Assembly (NCBI RefSeq): GCF_009834535.1
Contig: NC_045698.1
Span: 3,970,001-4,034,000 of the forward strand
Source of the DNA: Camelus ferus
Taxonomy: Eukaryota
Direction: 5' to 3'
Length of the DNA: 64,000 nucleotides
Shown here: positions 27,000 through 40,164 of the stretch, piece by piece
How the letters are laid out: every line of letters starts with the position of its first letter
How positions within the stretch are numbered: the stretch's first letter is position 1
The notes under the pieces: model-generated
What the model was told of the DNA's origin: nothing
Database searches by the model: none
The model's input: only the letters and a program-made list of their open reading frames with translations
Position numbers and translations under genes: made by a program

Positions 27000-27480
27000 C
27001 AATATAATAGCAAAAGAATAAAATACAATGAATGTTAATTGATTTGATTTGATACAGGTTTTCATCCTATTGGCAATGTTGTAGGCAAAATTAAAGCACT
27101 AAGAAAATTTGGGCAAATATTTGCAATACGTTTGGTGAAGAATTTAGGCTTTGAATCTGTAAGAATCTCATACACATTGATTAGTAATGCACTGACACCT
27201 TCATGGAACATTTTAAGTCCTCTGAATAATGCAAGCTTTTTATTGCTTGTTTATTATTACTGTTAATATTGGTATTACTAAAATATAGGGAGAAAATACA
27301 AGGTCCAAAGGTTCTGAAAGTAAGGGTAAAACACATAAAACAATGGCCATGCTCACTTGCAATCAGTGAACTTTAAATTTTTAGATACAATTTTTGTCTA
27401 CCAGTTTATTAAAAATTTTTATAATGAACACTAAGTAAAGGCTACTCACTTTGTGGTAATGATGGACCCTATCTACCAAA
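27000..27480 (+). mobile_element. Old L1 (L1ME-like) ORF2 3' fragment
   Basis: A-rich; ttgggcaaatatttgcaatac and catgctcacttgcaatcagtgaa resemble ORF2 C-terminal motifs. Confidence 0.45.
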
Positions 27481-27529
27481 TGTGTTCCTGATTTTTATTC
27501 TCAGGGCACCTTCTCTGCTCCTGAAGGAA

Positions 27530-27820
27530 AGTGTGGCCACAGGACCTACTCTGGACGAAGGGCTCAGGAGGAGGTGGTGTGCGTCTCAGGTGGGCGGGGC
27601 TCAGGGTCCCTCCAGCCATGGGGACACCATCTTCCCCAGTCCCCACTGGAAGCACGTTTTCCATGCAGCTCCTTCATCCCGGGTTCTTCCAGGATGCTGA
27701 CAAACAGAGAAACTGCCCACCTGCCGTGCACGTGGGACACGAACAAGAAAAGGACCTTCTGTGTGTTAAGCTCCTGGAACAGCAGCATTTGTCTGGTCAT
27801 GTAAGCCAGCCTGTTCTGGT
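27530..27820 (+). mobile_element. Old MaLR LTR fragment (MLT1-like)
   Basis: acgaacaagaaaaggaccttctgtgtgttaagctc resembles the MLT1 3' motif. Confidence 0.4.
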
Positions 27821-29524
27821 GGGTCCCACCCACGGAGGGGATATAACTTGGAGGCGTCTTTCTTGAAGACAACTTGGCGATATATAAAGAGGCTTTAATG
27901 CGTCCTAGACGTGGGTTGACTGATTACTACTCTTCCATTTATTCATTAGGCAGAAGTGCTGGAACTTGCTGTGTGTTAGACAACATAGTAGGCTCAGGGA
28001 GAACAGGACAGACAGATGCCAGTGCAAGGTCTTACAGCAATTTCCTCTCAAAATTTATTTTCTAAGAACTGTTAGAAATGTAATTAATAAATGAGCAAAA
28101 AACATGCAAAATTCACAATTTAATCAACTATATTAATCAATTGGACACAAGGCAAATATTCAAGAATAAGAGAAAGTCAAAATAAAATTTATTCTATCTA
28201 TGGAATAAAATGTTCTTATTTATAATTTTAAAATAATATTCATAGGTGTAGCACATGCTAAGTGTTTAATAATTAGTGAAGAAAGGAAAATGTGTTCAAA
28301 ATATAGTATAGTCTAAATGTTATACGGTATCGGTATACATTAAAAAACAAGGTAACACTATACATCAAATTATTTAAGTTGAGTTGATTATCTTTGGGTA
28401 AAAGGAAAAAAGCAATTTTAGATTTTTTTCTTTGTATCTTTTGTATGCAAAAGTTTAATAATGGACTTGCTCTATTTTTTAATAAGATTAAAATAATAAA
28501 GTCATTAAAAAAAACGTTCAAACATTCACAACTCTCATGAGGATGAATTAAAATACATTTTCAGAGTGCTTACAATTTATGCATAACCACCACAGCGTTA
28601 TTAAAACAAAACACAGACCTAACTCCAAGAGAAACAGAAGGATAAAAAATAAATTGTGTTCTGATCCAAAATGATAAAACTGTTTTGGAAAAAAAAAAAT
28701 TTCCAGTGGCTGAGCGCCCTAAAAAATAGATTGGCTTTAGACCAGCAGGACTCTAATAGGCAATTAAAGTATAAATTTGCATAATAATACTTCATTCTCA
28801 GCCAACTTCCAATTTTAAAACTGAGAGCACTGAGAAGACAGAGACATAATCATTCTTCTTTGCTGTAACTACAGTGGAGTTGGTTCTCAGTGACCCTCAG
28901 GAATGAAAGGAGGTGGGGGTTATGCCATCCTCCGCTGGCGAGGTCATACTGAAATTAATCACACTGGAAACGGGGCTTATTCTTGTTCAGGGAATTCAGT
29001 TATATATATATATATAAATAAAATTTTATATTCTACTAATATAATAATATACATGTATTATACAGAGTACATGTATTTATTTTCCCCACAATAATAAATC
29101 TTTCTATTTCCCTGACTCATTGGGATAATTTTGAAGAAACTGGGTCAATTACTTCCTCTTCCTTTTCTTAAGTAAGGAAGTATAGGCAACACTTCTGCTT
29201 TTGTAAACAATTTAGTCCAAAAACCATTCAGTGGGGCCAAGTGAGGTTGGCTTCCACTTGGAGCAGAGTCGTTGGCCTGGTGTGCTCAGGACAGTGGCCG
29301 GGCTTCAGGGCACTGCAGAGGTAGGGTGCAGGGGTCGGGCTAAGCAAGGGCTGCATGAGGCTACTGTCTTGGTTTCGGTTTCGTATCACAAGGACTGATC
29401 AGGAGCAGTCCCTCAGAGCAATCTGAGAGGCTGTCATCCTGGCTTGGCTCGAGTCCTCTGAAGTGGTCATATCAGCATAATGGGTTCCTCTCTGTCAGAG
29501 AAGGAAGTAACAAACATAGATCCA

Positions 29525-29749
29525 AAAACGAAGAATGAACTATTTGTGAAACTAGTATAAACTTGATTCCTAAACCACAAAAAAGAAGTACAAGAAAAAA
29601 TTAAACTTTCTTTTGAAATAAATGCAAAAAATCTTAGTAAGATATTGGTAATTCATTGAATTGAATTCAACTGTGTAATGAATATATATTTTCACTGCCA
29701 AGGGTTTATATGAGGGTTGAAAGAACAGGTAAATATTAGAAAATCCGAT
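29525..29749 (+). mobile_element. Old L1 ORF2 RT fragment (left half)
   Basis: Degenerate ITLIPKP...NAKILSKIL...NIRKS coding sequence (cttgattcctaaacca; aatgcaaaaaatcttagtaagatattgg; aatattagaaaatc). Confidence 0.7.
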
Positions 29750-31500
29750 ACTACTTCTGGCAAATCTTGTGACTTAAACCACATGTTTTTAATCTTCTCT
29801 TTTTTACCTTCTGCAACACCATTGAGGTGTAAGTAGAGTCATAAAACATGTATCTCTCTATGAGGTGCAAAGCAATGGGAAGAGAAAAATCAAGGGAATA
29901 AATATTTTTAAATAAAAGTAAGGGACACTAAACTGATGAGGAACTAAGAGGAAACTGCAGCCAAATTTCTATAGTGGGAGATGCAAAGGAGAGGGCAGAG
30001 GTGGGACCCTAGTCTGAAAACAGAAAGGGAGAGACAAGCTCACCATTTTGAACCATGAAAACCCAATTTGCTTACTTGTTCTCAGCTTTCTGAATCTGAG
30101 CAGTCATGGGTGTATCCTTAAGTAAGTAAGAAGGAGAGAATGCTTTACAGGAAAACTAAGAACCCAAGAGGGAAGAAAGACCCTCTTCAAATAAGGGTAT
30201 TTGGATAATGGAAATGCAAAAATCTACATCGTCATGCATACATATGATCTAATCACCATGTTAATGTCTCACTGGTCACTGAGAGCTGATATCCAGTAAT
30301 CAGGAGGTCTTTGATAACATGAAAGACAGAGACCAAGATAAAGGGGGAAAGTCAGAGGAAGCACATGGGATGAAAGACAAATAAAGACAGAGACTATAGT
30401 AAATATCTTGAAAAACAAAAGAATCTTTCATCTACAAACAAGAACTGGATGCCATGAAAAAGGAATAGCCAGAAAACAAGAGAAGGCTCTTAGGAAGTAG
30501 ATATTTAAAGCAGAAATATTTCACATAAGGGCATGAGACAAGGTGTAGAATAACCCTCAGCAGCAGAAGAAAAATGACCAAATAGACAGAAAATTGGATG
30601 AGTAAATGAAGTGGGAAGGTTGGTACAGGAGTCGAGAAAGTGATTGCTAGGGGAGGAAAAAAAAAAGATAAACTGCCCATAGTTTGGAAAGTTTCTTTTG
30701 TGAGCCCAGGACACTAGATAAAAATGACTCACCAAAAAGTAAATCTCATTACTGCAGGGAATGAGGGGGTGGGGGGTGGACAGGAAAAAACATATGAATT
30801 AAAATTTGATTTAAAATTTTGATTGTGTTTGAGAGGTAAGAAATTTAAAAAATAGGTTCACATTTCTCTTCATCAACTTTGGAAGCATGAAGACAATTTG
30901 GCAGTTCTTTCTAAATACAATAGAATATGATTTTCATTGCGGTATTCTATACCCAGCCGAATGACTGAATTTGATGGCCAAGTGCAGTAACTGACACTCA
31001 TAACAAATTGTAAAGGCACATCTCTTAGGAAGCCATGGAAATTTGGATGTGACAGAAAGAGGGAGTAAATGAGAAGCGTCTGCAAGAGCAAACGGGGCAC
31101 CTGACCCACCCTAGAGCAAGCATCTCGTCCCCAACCCTGTTCCTGGTCCTGAGGGAGTCAAGAGACTGAGAAGCAGGAAGCCGAGAATCTAAGACACAAG
31201 CTGTTCAACACCAGAGCATGCAGAAGAGGAGTCCTGGATTTAGAGTCCTGCCCAGACCAGGAAAGCAAGTGTAAACTCAGTATTCAGCAAGACAAAGGTC
31301 AGTATCCTAGCACTGAAAACAGAAACTTAAAATCCATTGATTTTGTGGAACAAGTCAGAAGAACAGGCAGAGGAGTAGCAAGGTGGTGTATTTTGCTTAA
31401 ACTTTACTTGCTTTTTCTTCTTTCGTATCCTATTTTTGAAATATGTGCTTTTACTATTTTGGTTAAAAAGGAAAAAGATAATTTGAATGAATATTGAAAA
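29750..31500 (+). mobile_element. HAL1 / ORF1-type L1-related element nested in L1 ORF2
   Basis: ORF1-like remnants: aaacaagaactggatgccatgaaaaaggaa (KQELDAMKKE, ~30445) and attctatacccagcc (ILYPA, ~30945). Confidence 0.6.
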
Positions 31501-31504
31501 ATAA

Positions 31505-32250
31505 ATTTCAATGTAATTTGCCACATTAGTAAAGGAGAAATAAATCATTCCCTTATCTAAGTAGACACAGGAGAAACATTTCATAAAAGTCAATAGTTGT
31601 TCATCGTCAAACAAACCTTAACAAATCAGGATGGAAGGGCTCTGCCTTGATGCATTAGAGTATCTCCTATAAAACCTAAAACAAACATTCCATGTCATGG
31701 TGGAATATGAGGGACACACTATTTTAAATCAGAGATAACACCAGGTTGCAATCTCACACCAGTATTCCAGATTGCACTCACTGTTTTAGTGGGAAACAAT
31801 AAGAAAAAAGATTTATAACAGACAGAAAAGGAGGAGACAGTTCTGTCACTATGTGAAGAGTATACGATTGTCTACCCAGGAAAACCAAGAAAATCAATGA
31901 ACAGGCTTTTAGAACCAATGCAAATTGCATTTATGATTGATGGATACCAATTAATATGTCCTTTATGAGGGAAATGAAGAATGTTTTAAAGTGTACTACT
32001 TAAAAAAAATATAGTTCCTTACAGGAAAAACACAAACAAAAATCAAAACTGCATATTGAGATGAAAATAAACTGAACAAAAAATGCACAGACCATTAATC
32101 ATGGGGGAAAAAACACGAAAGGCTGAGAAGATACAAATAAATGCAGAGAACTGCCTTATTCATAGATAAGAAGACCGATATGGTAAAAATGTAGCTTCTG
32201 CCCAAATTGGCCTCCAAAAGTAATATAATTTCAATCTAAAGCCCCACTGT
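31505..32250 (+). mobile_element. Old L1 ORF2 RT fragment (right half)
   Basis: Resumes with aatgtaatttgccacatt (NVI-HI); later tcactatgtgaagagtatacgattgtctac is a decayed SLFADDMIVY. Confidence 0.7.
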
Positions 32251-32707
32251 CATGTCCTCCCACGTTAACAGCAGGCACAAACTAGTATATAATTTAAGAA
32301 GTGCAATGTATTATGCAAGAAATACAGAAATGCAATAAATTTTAAAAAACAGTTTGCTTTTTTTCTTCTAACACTTGACTCTTAGCGCAGAAGTTGGGGT
32401 ACCCAGGCCTCCTGTTGGTGGGGCAGCAGGAGGAGGTTTCAGCTACAGCTTTAACATTTCACGTCTTTAAATAGATTGTAATTGAATAGTGTACACACGC
32501 CAACTAGTAATTATAAATGGTAGGAATACGGGATTTTGTTTTCCTACTCTTGGTAGTTATTGCTATTTAAAATTTTGCTTAATAAAATTAATTTATAAAA
32601 GGATCTCTAGTAAAACAATGTCACATCGGCATGGCTTGTCTAAGCCTGTCCTTCAATCACATGTCTCTATGCGTTAAGCTTTCATGCTTTTGATCTTGCA
32701 GTCATCT

Positions 32708-32757
32708 TCAATAAAACTTCAAAGTCACGTTGGCGCCATTGAAACTGTTCAGCAGGC
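32708..32757 (-). pseudogene. Chain B terminal coding exon remnant
   Basis: Strong acceptor gcgtcttcgtttctcgcag|; phase 1 reads (G)LLNSFNGANVTLKFY*. Confidence 0.5.
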
Positions 32758-33316
32758 CTGCGAGAAACGAAGACGCAATTGGAGTCCCGGGGCTTTAAAG
32801 TGTGTTTAGCTTTGATAATATCTCATGTTCATATGAATCCTTTCATCACCAGAATATTAAGCTCTACACACATGTTAGCTCAAGGGTCCCCACGGTCCCC
32901 TGTGAGGCGGATATTGGCTGGTGTTGTTTAGAAAAATCCAAACGGTGATAAATTTAAATGCTACAAGTCCCAAAGAGGCAGGATCAAAGTACTGGTTTCA
33001 TGATTTCCAGAAGTATGTAGCTGTGTAATTTGGGTTAATTCTCCTCTCTTCATTCATGGTTCCATGCCTGTCTTCTTAATTGTGCGTGTGCAATGTCCCA
33101 AGTCATAGTGCCATGATCATCTTTTATGGTTCTTTCCCCTATTCCTAACTTTTCTTTTTTGGAAAGCATATCTAGAATCTTTTCTAAGTTTCACTATTTT
33201 ATTATAACAGTTTCATTAGCATAGCAACAAGTTGCCTCTGCCTGTTTTTCTTTTTTTCCATCCTGCCATTAATTTCCCTAGAACAACAACAACAACAAAA
33301 AAAAAACCAAACTTCC

Positions 33317-33599
33317 CTTTTGTAATGCAGGTGCATTGGAATCTGCTGTAACTTTCGGTAGGTTGCCACAGAGAGATGTAAGATCTCCTGCCCAAACAAC
33401 TGCTTGTGTGCCTGGGAACTGGGAGTGGAGGAAGCAATGATTCGCCATGCAGATTAACTGTATCCAAGACTGGAATCCATGGGTTATATGCCATCTTCCT
33501 TTTCCCTTTGTAGATTGTAGACTTGGCTAAACGAGTCCCCAAAGGCTTGTCTGAGTACAGATGCCCCAGGAGTATTCCTCTCGCGCATTAACTTAGAGC
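33317..33599 (-). pseudogene. Chain B exon, 283 bp, with inactivated donor
   Basis: Acceptor atcttttttag|; phase 0 to 1; 94 codons with one TAA; the donor reads AAG|GGAAGT (consensus GTAAGT). Confidence 0.5.
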
Positions 33600-35207
33600 C
33601 TAAAAAAGATCCATGACATTATTTATCAACTTCCATTTCAAAGTGGAGAATGTTCATAGATTCCATGTTAGGGATGAGAAGTGGATGAAGAAGAAGCAGG
33701 ATGTGATGGAGGTGTTCTGAAGACGCTCTGGATGGCAGATGTTCGTATGCCCTTGCGTGTCTCCCCCTTTGGAGCTGTTTCCTTTTGGTTAAAGAGGCTG
33801 GTAGCTGCTCCTTGGCCATATGTGCTTGTCCTTTTGTAGGTCAAAGGCCACGTGTCATCTCGGAGAATCAGCATCTCATGGTGGCTGGATGGAGGCAGAA
33901 GGGAAAACTGTGACCAACACCGGAGCGTAGTTGGCCAGCCTCTCACTGACCGCTCCCTTGTCTCTGGGAAGGGTCAGACTTTATGAAATGGATCCTTCAT
34001 AAATATTTGGTGAGTGAGTGGTTGAGAAGCCAAAATAATCCTATAAATGTTTCCTGCAACTTCCCAGGAATTTCATGCAGAAGGTGCGTGCGTGGTCCAG
34101 TGATTTGCTTTCTTGCATGCCAGCTCTTCACTCTAACAGCTGTGATTTTCATGGTCTCTAAGCCAGGCTGCAGGCAGATAAATAGATCCAGCTCAGGCAG
34201 AACTCTAAGCAAAACCAAATAAACCAGTTCTGGACCTGGAGAGTCATTTTGTATGGAAATTTGAGCAGCCAGCCGGCTGTCCTGGAGATCAGCAAGCAGC
34301 CTTCTGATGCACAGTGTCGCTGGAACAGCCGGGTAGGCCCGGGTGAAATGAGCTCTGGGTTATCCTGTTTGATCCATCAAGCCTTTAAACCGCACCAGTG
34401 CAGAGCTGAACGAGGCTCACCAACAACTCAGCCAGTGCTTTTATCAATGTCATGTGCATCAGCAGATGATCCCCAAGCACTGAGCCTTTGCAACATACCA
34501 TGTAACATATCTTTGTAACACACTCCTCCCCTGTGCTGCATATGTGCTGTAAAACTGAGCATGTGGCGTCTGCTAAACGGTGTGTGGCTCATGCACGAAC
34601 AGCCTTGAATAAATAAGTGAAGGCTGCACCAGCTTCCTTCTGTTTGCAATTTAGTGGATGTGCTTTTCTGCAGCACCCTAGGAGTCGGTCCCGGCGTGGG
34701 GAATTGCGCTCAGGTGTTCTCCAGACTGCACATGGCCCCATGGCTGGAGGACCAGGCCCCATTGGGTACAAATGTGGGTTCACCTCGAATGTGAGCGAGA
34801 TGTGTCTTCAACTGCATGCACTCCCTTTGTAGGTGAACCTCTCGTGATGGAAGCAGACGTATCTTCCATGCATTATTTACACATAAGGATGAAAACTGGG
34901 AAAAACATAGAAGAGACAGTTTGAAGACCACGATGCCAAGGAGTCTTATGACTGCTTCTGTTTCATGCTAGGAGGGAGCAAACAGGTTGGACTATCAGGC
35001 TGAGCATCTCCAAGTTTTGGTCCCAGACACTAGTTACTAAGGGGGTACATTTGAACCTGACTCTCCCTCGTACTGTCCCCAAGTCAAAGGCCTCTGGGTG
35101 CTGCATCTGTCAGCCCTCCAAGCCACTTCTGCCCTGCAAAGCCGGTCAATGCTGGCAAAGGAGAGCTGAGAATTTGCTGATGTGGCCTATGGCATCACTA
35201 GCACTGT

Positions 35208-35270
35208 CTGTGTGTGCGTGTGCGTGTGCGTGTGCGTGTGTGTGTGTGTGTGTGTATGTGTGTGAGAGAG
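35208..35270 (+). repeat. (GTGCGT)n/(GT)n compound microsatellite
   Basis: Read directly from the sequence. Confidence 0.9.
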
Positions 35271-36409
35271 GGGTGGGGCAGGCAGGCAGGAGAGCTGTGT
35301 GGAGATGGCCAATAGTGGGTGGTGAGATAGAGAGGGAAAGATGAAAGAGAAAGATGAGAGAGAAAGGTCCTCTATCTGCCATCCTGGAAGCTCTGATGGT
35401 AGGCGAGCCTCTGACGATCGGTCCAGCAGACTCTGGAGAAAGTCTGAATGGGCGCTCAGCCCACCACCCCGTGCTATGTAGCACGCAGCAGTCTGATGCT
35501 TGGTATCTGCTAGCTCTGGCTGCACAAGGGGGAGATGAATGGCATTCCTAGGGCACTGCACACCCAACTCACACACGCACGTTGGCTCAATGAGTCCAAA
35601 GTCCCACAAAGGCTCTGGAAGTCATTAAAACCACGTGGTCTGGACTGTAAAATATTCTGAGAGGTTGGACTCCTGTCCATGGCTCCGTGCTGAGCATTCT
35701 CCAAGCTCTCTTTTATTTAACCATCACCCGTCATGGTCAGTGAGAAATTGCATGCGTCAGGATAGGGCAGGGTTCGCTGAGGTGACAAACAGCAGACCTC
35801 AGCCCATTTCTTGCTCCCAGTCAGGTCCCAGCCAGCTTGTCAAAGCCGCTTCCGCCGTGTGTTAGGCTGGCGTCCAGAGCTGCCCACTGGACACCTGCTC
35901 TCCTGGCCACTGCGGCAGCGGGAAGAGCATGGGCAATCACAGAAGTTATTGCATAAGCCCCTTGACTTGGTTCCCTCTTCTGCTCTCTGCCCGCCCTGTA
36001 CGCTACTCTTTCTGTTATCCACCTGGTAACCAGAGGGATCCTTTAACTCTTCTACGTAAAACCTTCCAGCGGTTTCCATCTCAGTAAGAGCAAGTTCACA
36101 CTTTGATGGTTTCCAATGAGAATTACAAATCGACTTCCACTCTCACTGCCTCTTAGATATTACTGTTTCTTTTTCCTCCCTTGCTCCCCGTGTTTTTGCC
36201 ACATTTTCCTTCTTTCTTGCTTTTGCATGAACATGGCAGACAGGCTCCCACCTCAGAGCTTTTGTTCCTGAATCCTCTGTCCGGCATGTTCCTCCATCAA
36301 ATATCCAAAGAGTCGGCACTCTCACCTCCTTTAGGTCTCCCCATTACCGACTTCTACATTAACTCCACAGAGACCAGAGAACACCTCTGGTAGGACTTAA
36401 ATCTTCTCC

Positions 36410-37900
36410 TGTTGATTGAGACTTGTTTTATGGCCCAGAATATGGACTATCTTGGTGAATGCGGGAAGAACACACACTCTGCTGCTGTGGGCTGGAGTCG
36501 TCTGTAAATGTCAGTTATGTCAAATCGGTTGATAGTTTCATTCAAATGTTGCATGCCATAACTTATTGTATGCCTCTTGTTGATACAAATTGTTGGGAAA
36601 GTGCTATTAAAATATCTGACTATTTTGTGTATTTTTTTTCTTGTAGTTCTATTAGTTTTTCTTTCAAGTCTTTTGAAGACCCTGCTCTTAGATGCATGAA
36701 CGTTTAACGATAACATGCTGTCTTAGTTAACTGATCCTTTTATCCTTATGAAATGATCTTTACACCTCGTGACGTTCTTTACTAAAATCTACTTCATGTG
36801 CTATTAACATAGCCCTCCAGGTTTTATTTTTTTAATTGGTGTTAGCATTGTATACATTTACCCAAACTTTTTAACTTTTTACTCATATGTGTCTTTTTAT
36901 TTACAGCATTTTTCTTGTTGATAGCATGTAGTTGAATCTGACAACCTGTCTTCTAAGTAAGATGCTTAGACCGTTTGTATTTGATGAGGTCATTAATACG
37001 GCTGAGTTCAAATCGGTTATCTTGTTATTTGCTTTACATGTCTCCCATCTGTGCCTTGTTCCCTTTCCTCGTGGTTTTTGCCATCATTTGAAGTAATTGT
37101 GTACTTGTCTTTGATCCATTTTATCTCCTTACTAGTCATGACTCATCAGGTCAGTAGTATCCATCTCTAACTGATCACAGACCTTCAGGTGGTGTTTTAC
37201 CTCTTGACATATTGTGCAGGGAACCTTACAACACTGTCTGCTCTCACCTCTCCCCTCCCAACACTGGTGCTATTACTAACATACATACGCTTTACTTTCC
37301 CACGGTACAAACCCCAACCTACATTGTTACTCTTCTCGTTGAAAGAATCAACAATCTTTTCTAGAGACTCAACTAACAGGGACAATTTACACAGGAATTT
37401 ATCTTTTTTCGTGTTCTTTCCCCCTTGTGCACGTTCATATTTCCCATCTGGCATTACTTCTCTTCCTAAAGGTATTTGCTGAGTATATCTTGTCTGCGTA
37501 TCTGTTTGTCATGAATTCTCTCAGCTTTATGTACACCAAAAAGTCCTCCTCTATTTATGAAATACATTTTGTGAGGTAGAGTGCTCTAGGTGGGCAGCGT
37601 TTGTTTCCTTTCAGTACCTTGGAGACGTTCTTTTATCTTCTCACCTGCATCATTTCTGATGAGAAATCCCCTGACACCTTTATCTGCAGCCCTCTTTATT
37701 GTGGCTTATTCTGTCAATAGCTGCTTTGAAAAAAGCTTCCCTTGCTGCTGGCTTTGGGCAACTAGGATGTGATGTATCTTTGTGTAGCCCGCTTCAAGCT
37801 TTTGGTGCTTGGCATTCATTGAGCTTCTTGAATTTGTGAGTTTACAACTTTCATTAAATTTTGAAAACTTTTGGCCATTATTCTTTCAAATACTGTTTCT
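36410..37900 (-). mobile_element. Old L1 (L1M) covering the ORF1 end and ORF2 endonuclease region, antisense
   Basis: ORF 36447..36716(-) contains LNETINRFDITDIYRRLQPTAAECVFF, a decayed LN..I...DL.DIYRTLHP...YTFF endonuclease motif. Confidence 0.85.
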
Positions 37901-38169
37901 GGCCACTCCCCCTCCTGCCCTGCAGAAGTTCCTTCCCAAGTCCCATGAGATTCTTGAGCCTGGTTGGTGGAAACAGGCACCATCCCCAGCTCCGTGGGAG
38001 CGCCGAGCCCACGCCCCCAGTCCTCTGTGGGAGTTTTTCCTGGTGTCAGATGGTTTCCTCACCTGTGTGTACGGGCGCCTCGTCTATGAGCCCTTCCCAG
38101 CCTGCTCTCTAAGAAACTGAAGCCACGCCCTTCCTAGCCATTTCTGTCCCCTCAAGAGTTACTGTTTTC

Positions 38170-38375
38170 CATAACACATATGACACAGTTAGCTCCATAA
38201 CAGTAGGAATTTGAATCCACTTTGTTCACGCTGTTTCCCCAGCGTCTAGGATGGTGCCACACACAGCAGATGCTCAGTAAATCTGTATAGGATGAGTAAC
38301 TAAATTGTACGTTTGAATGAACTGTTGAATGAATACATGACTCGATGAACAACTGAATGAATATGGAATAAATGA
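38170..38375 (+). mobile_element. LINE-2 3' terminus
   Basis: tttgttcacgctgtttccccagcgtctaggatggtgccacacacagcagatgctcagtaaatctgt followed by a (TGAA)n-like tail. Confidence 0.75.
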
Positions 38376-39499
38376 ACCACTCCAGTGAGGACCATCCATG
38401 GTCCTCAGTGGATCATGTTTCAGTAAACAAATGCTCTGCTTCCAGGTTTACCAAACCAGTATTTTTGCTGTTTTCTGTGTGTAGAGGCAGAATCTGTCAG
38501 GTGTGTAGCAGCCTTGATTCTGGGGCCCAGCAGAGGTTCAGGGGAGAGACGCAGGGACTCCCAGGATTTGAGGGTCGGTGACTGGTAGGTGGCTGCTTTA
38601 CCTGTGACGTCGACAAGGCAAAGCCTGGAGGCTCCAGCTAAGGTCATAAAGCATTGATGTGGATGCAAATTGTAACCAAATGAGTGAGGGGAAAAAAAAA
38701 AAAAAAACAGGGGCAGTGTAGACTGTGAAGTGAGCACAGTTAGATTGATGTGCATGAATTTAGGCTCAAGCAAGATTCAGGAGTAAGGATGAAAACAAGA
38801 AGAGATGAGGAGGATCAGGGGAAGGATGTGCGCACGCCCCAGGACCCAGACCAGTCCTGTTGACTGTGGATTCTCTTCCAGTGCCTTCATCCTGGCAATC
38901 CTGCCCCAGGTCTTCTCAAGCCATCTATCCTGGTTGCCATGGGAACATTGATGCTTCTTGGACCTCGAGGCCCCAGTTGGGTTTAGAAAACAAGAGTATG
39001 GCACAAAGGGCCAACATGTTTCTCTGGCTTCAGAATGGCTGTTTGGAAGATGAGTGGAACAATTTCCAGGCTGGAATGCTGATGTACCAAATTAGCTTCA
39101 CATCTCATTTAGGTTAATTGTGAGCCAGAATGCCTGGGCCTTCCTGGGTTTGGTCATGAAGGCCAAGAACATCTTGCAAATCTAAAATAAATTATACATT
39201 TGGCAGCAAAAATTTCTAGACGTCAATCATAATTTATAAAGTAAAACTCAGAAATTTCAGCAGCTTTGGAAAAGTTTTTAAAATATGGACATTTTTCCAA
39301 TAAAAAAAAAACTTTTTTTTTTAGGTATGTGACTGCATAGGAGGGAGTAACTTTTTTCAAAGAGCAGTTTCTGAAAGTTTTAATTATATTGCATGTATGA
39401 AACCTAACTGAAAAAAAGAAACTCCTCAATATTTAACAACATTTAAATGTTTTGAAATGGGAATCAATTTTCAGTGTATTCTTTGAGATGTGTACTCAC

Positions 39500-40164
39500 A
39501 TATTGGTCTAAATCAACTTCTGTACTTTCAAAACAGAGGTCAAAACGGTCACTTATTGTTGAACCTGAGTCTGATGTGAAAGTCAGAATGAACTGTAGGC
39601 GTTTCAATACCACGTCATTATTAATGTGTACTAGTGGCCTTGGTGAATTTGGAGCAGTCTTCCATAAAACACATACATTGTTGGCTTTGTTATCAAAAGG
39701 AAAATCTGAATACTTTGATCTGCTGCTCTCTGTTCTTTGCAGCTGTAGGTTTTCACAGCAGTTTTGGGTCTTCAGACTGGCCTTCGATCTTTCTGGCCCT
39801 TTTGGATGAAACCATGATTCTGGAAGTGTCGGCACATATCAGTGTGCTCCGAAAAGGGCAGACTGTACTTCTGCAGTGTCTTGTCTGCCTCAGTTCAGGC
39901 TTGACTGTGTTTTTAAGTAGAAGGTGCCTGAGCCACTAGCCATGGGGAGCCTGCATGGCAGCCAGCAACAGTGTGGTTTCTCTGCACCTCATCATTTGCT
40001 CAGGGAGCTGTTCAACTCTGATGTATCTTGGCATCAGCAGGGCACTCCAGAGAATATCACCAAGGCAATCATTTTGCCACCTCCATGATGACCAGAGGAA
40101 GAGTACAGAGCTGATGGAAGGTGGGACATCGACACCCTCTTTACCTCCCTTCGCTGCCTTTCTC
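39500..40164 (-). pseudogene. Chain B exon (5' boundary uncertain)
   Basis: Donor TAT|gtgagt at 39500 in phase 0 of the open frame 39835-39500 (...SDRFDLCFESTEVDLDQY). Confidence 0.45.
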
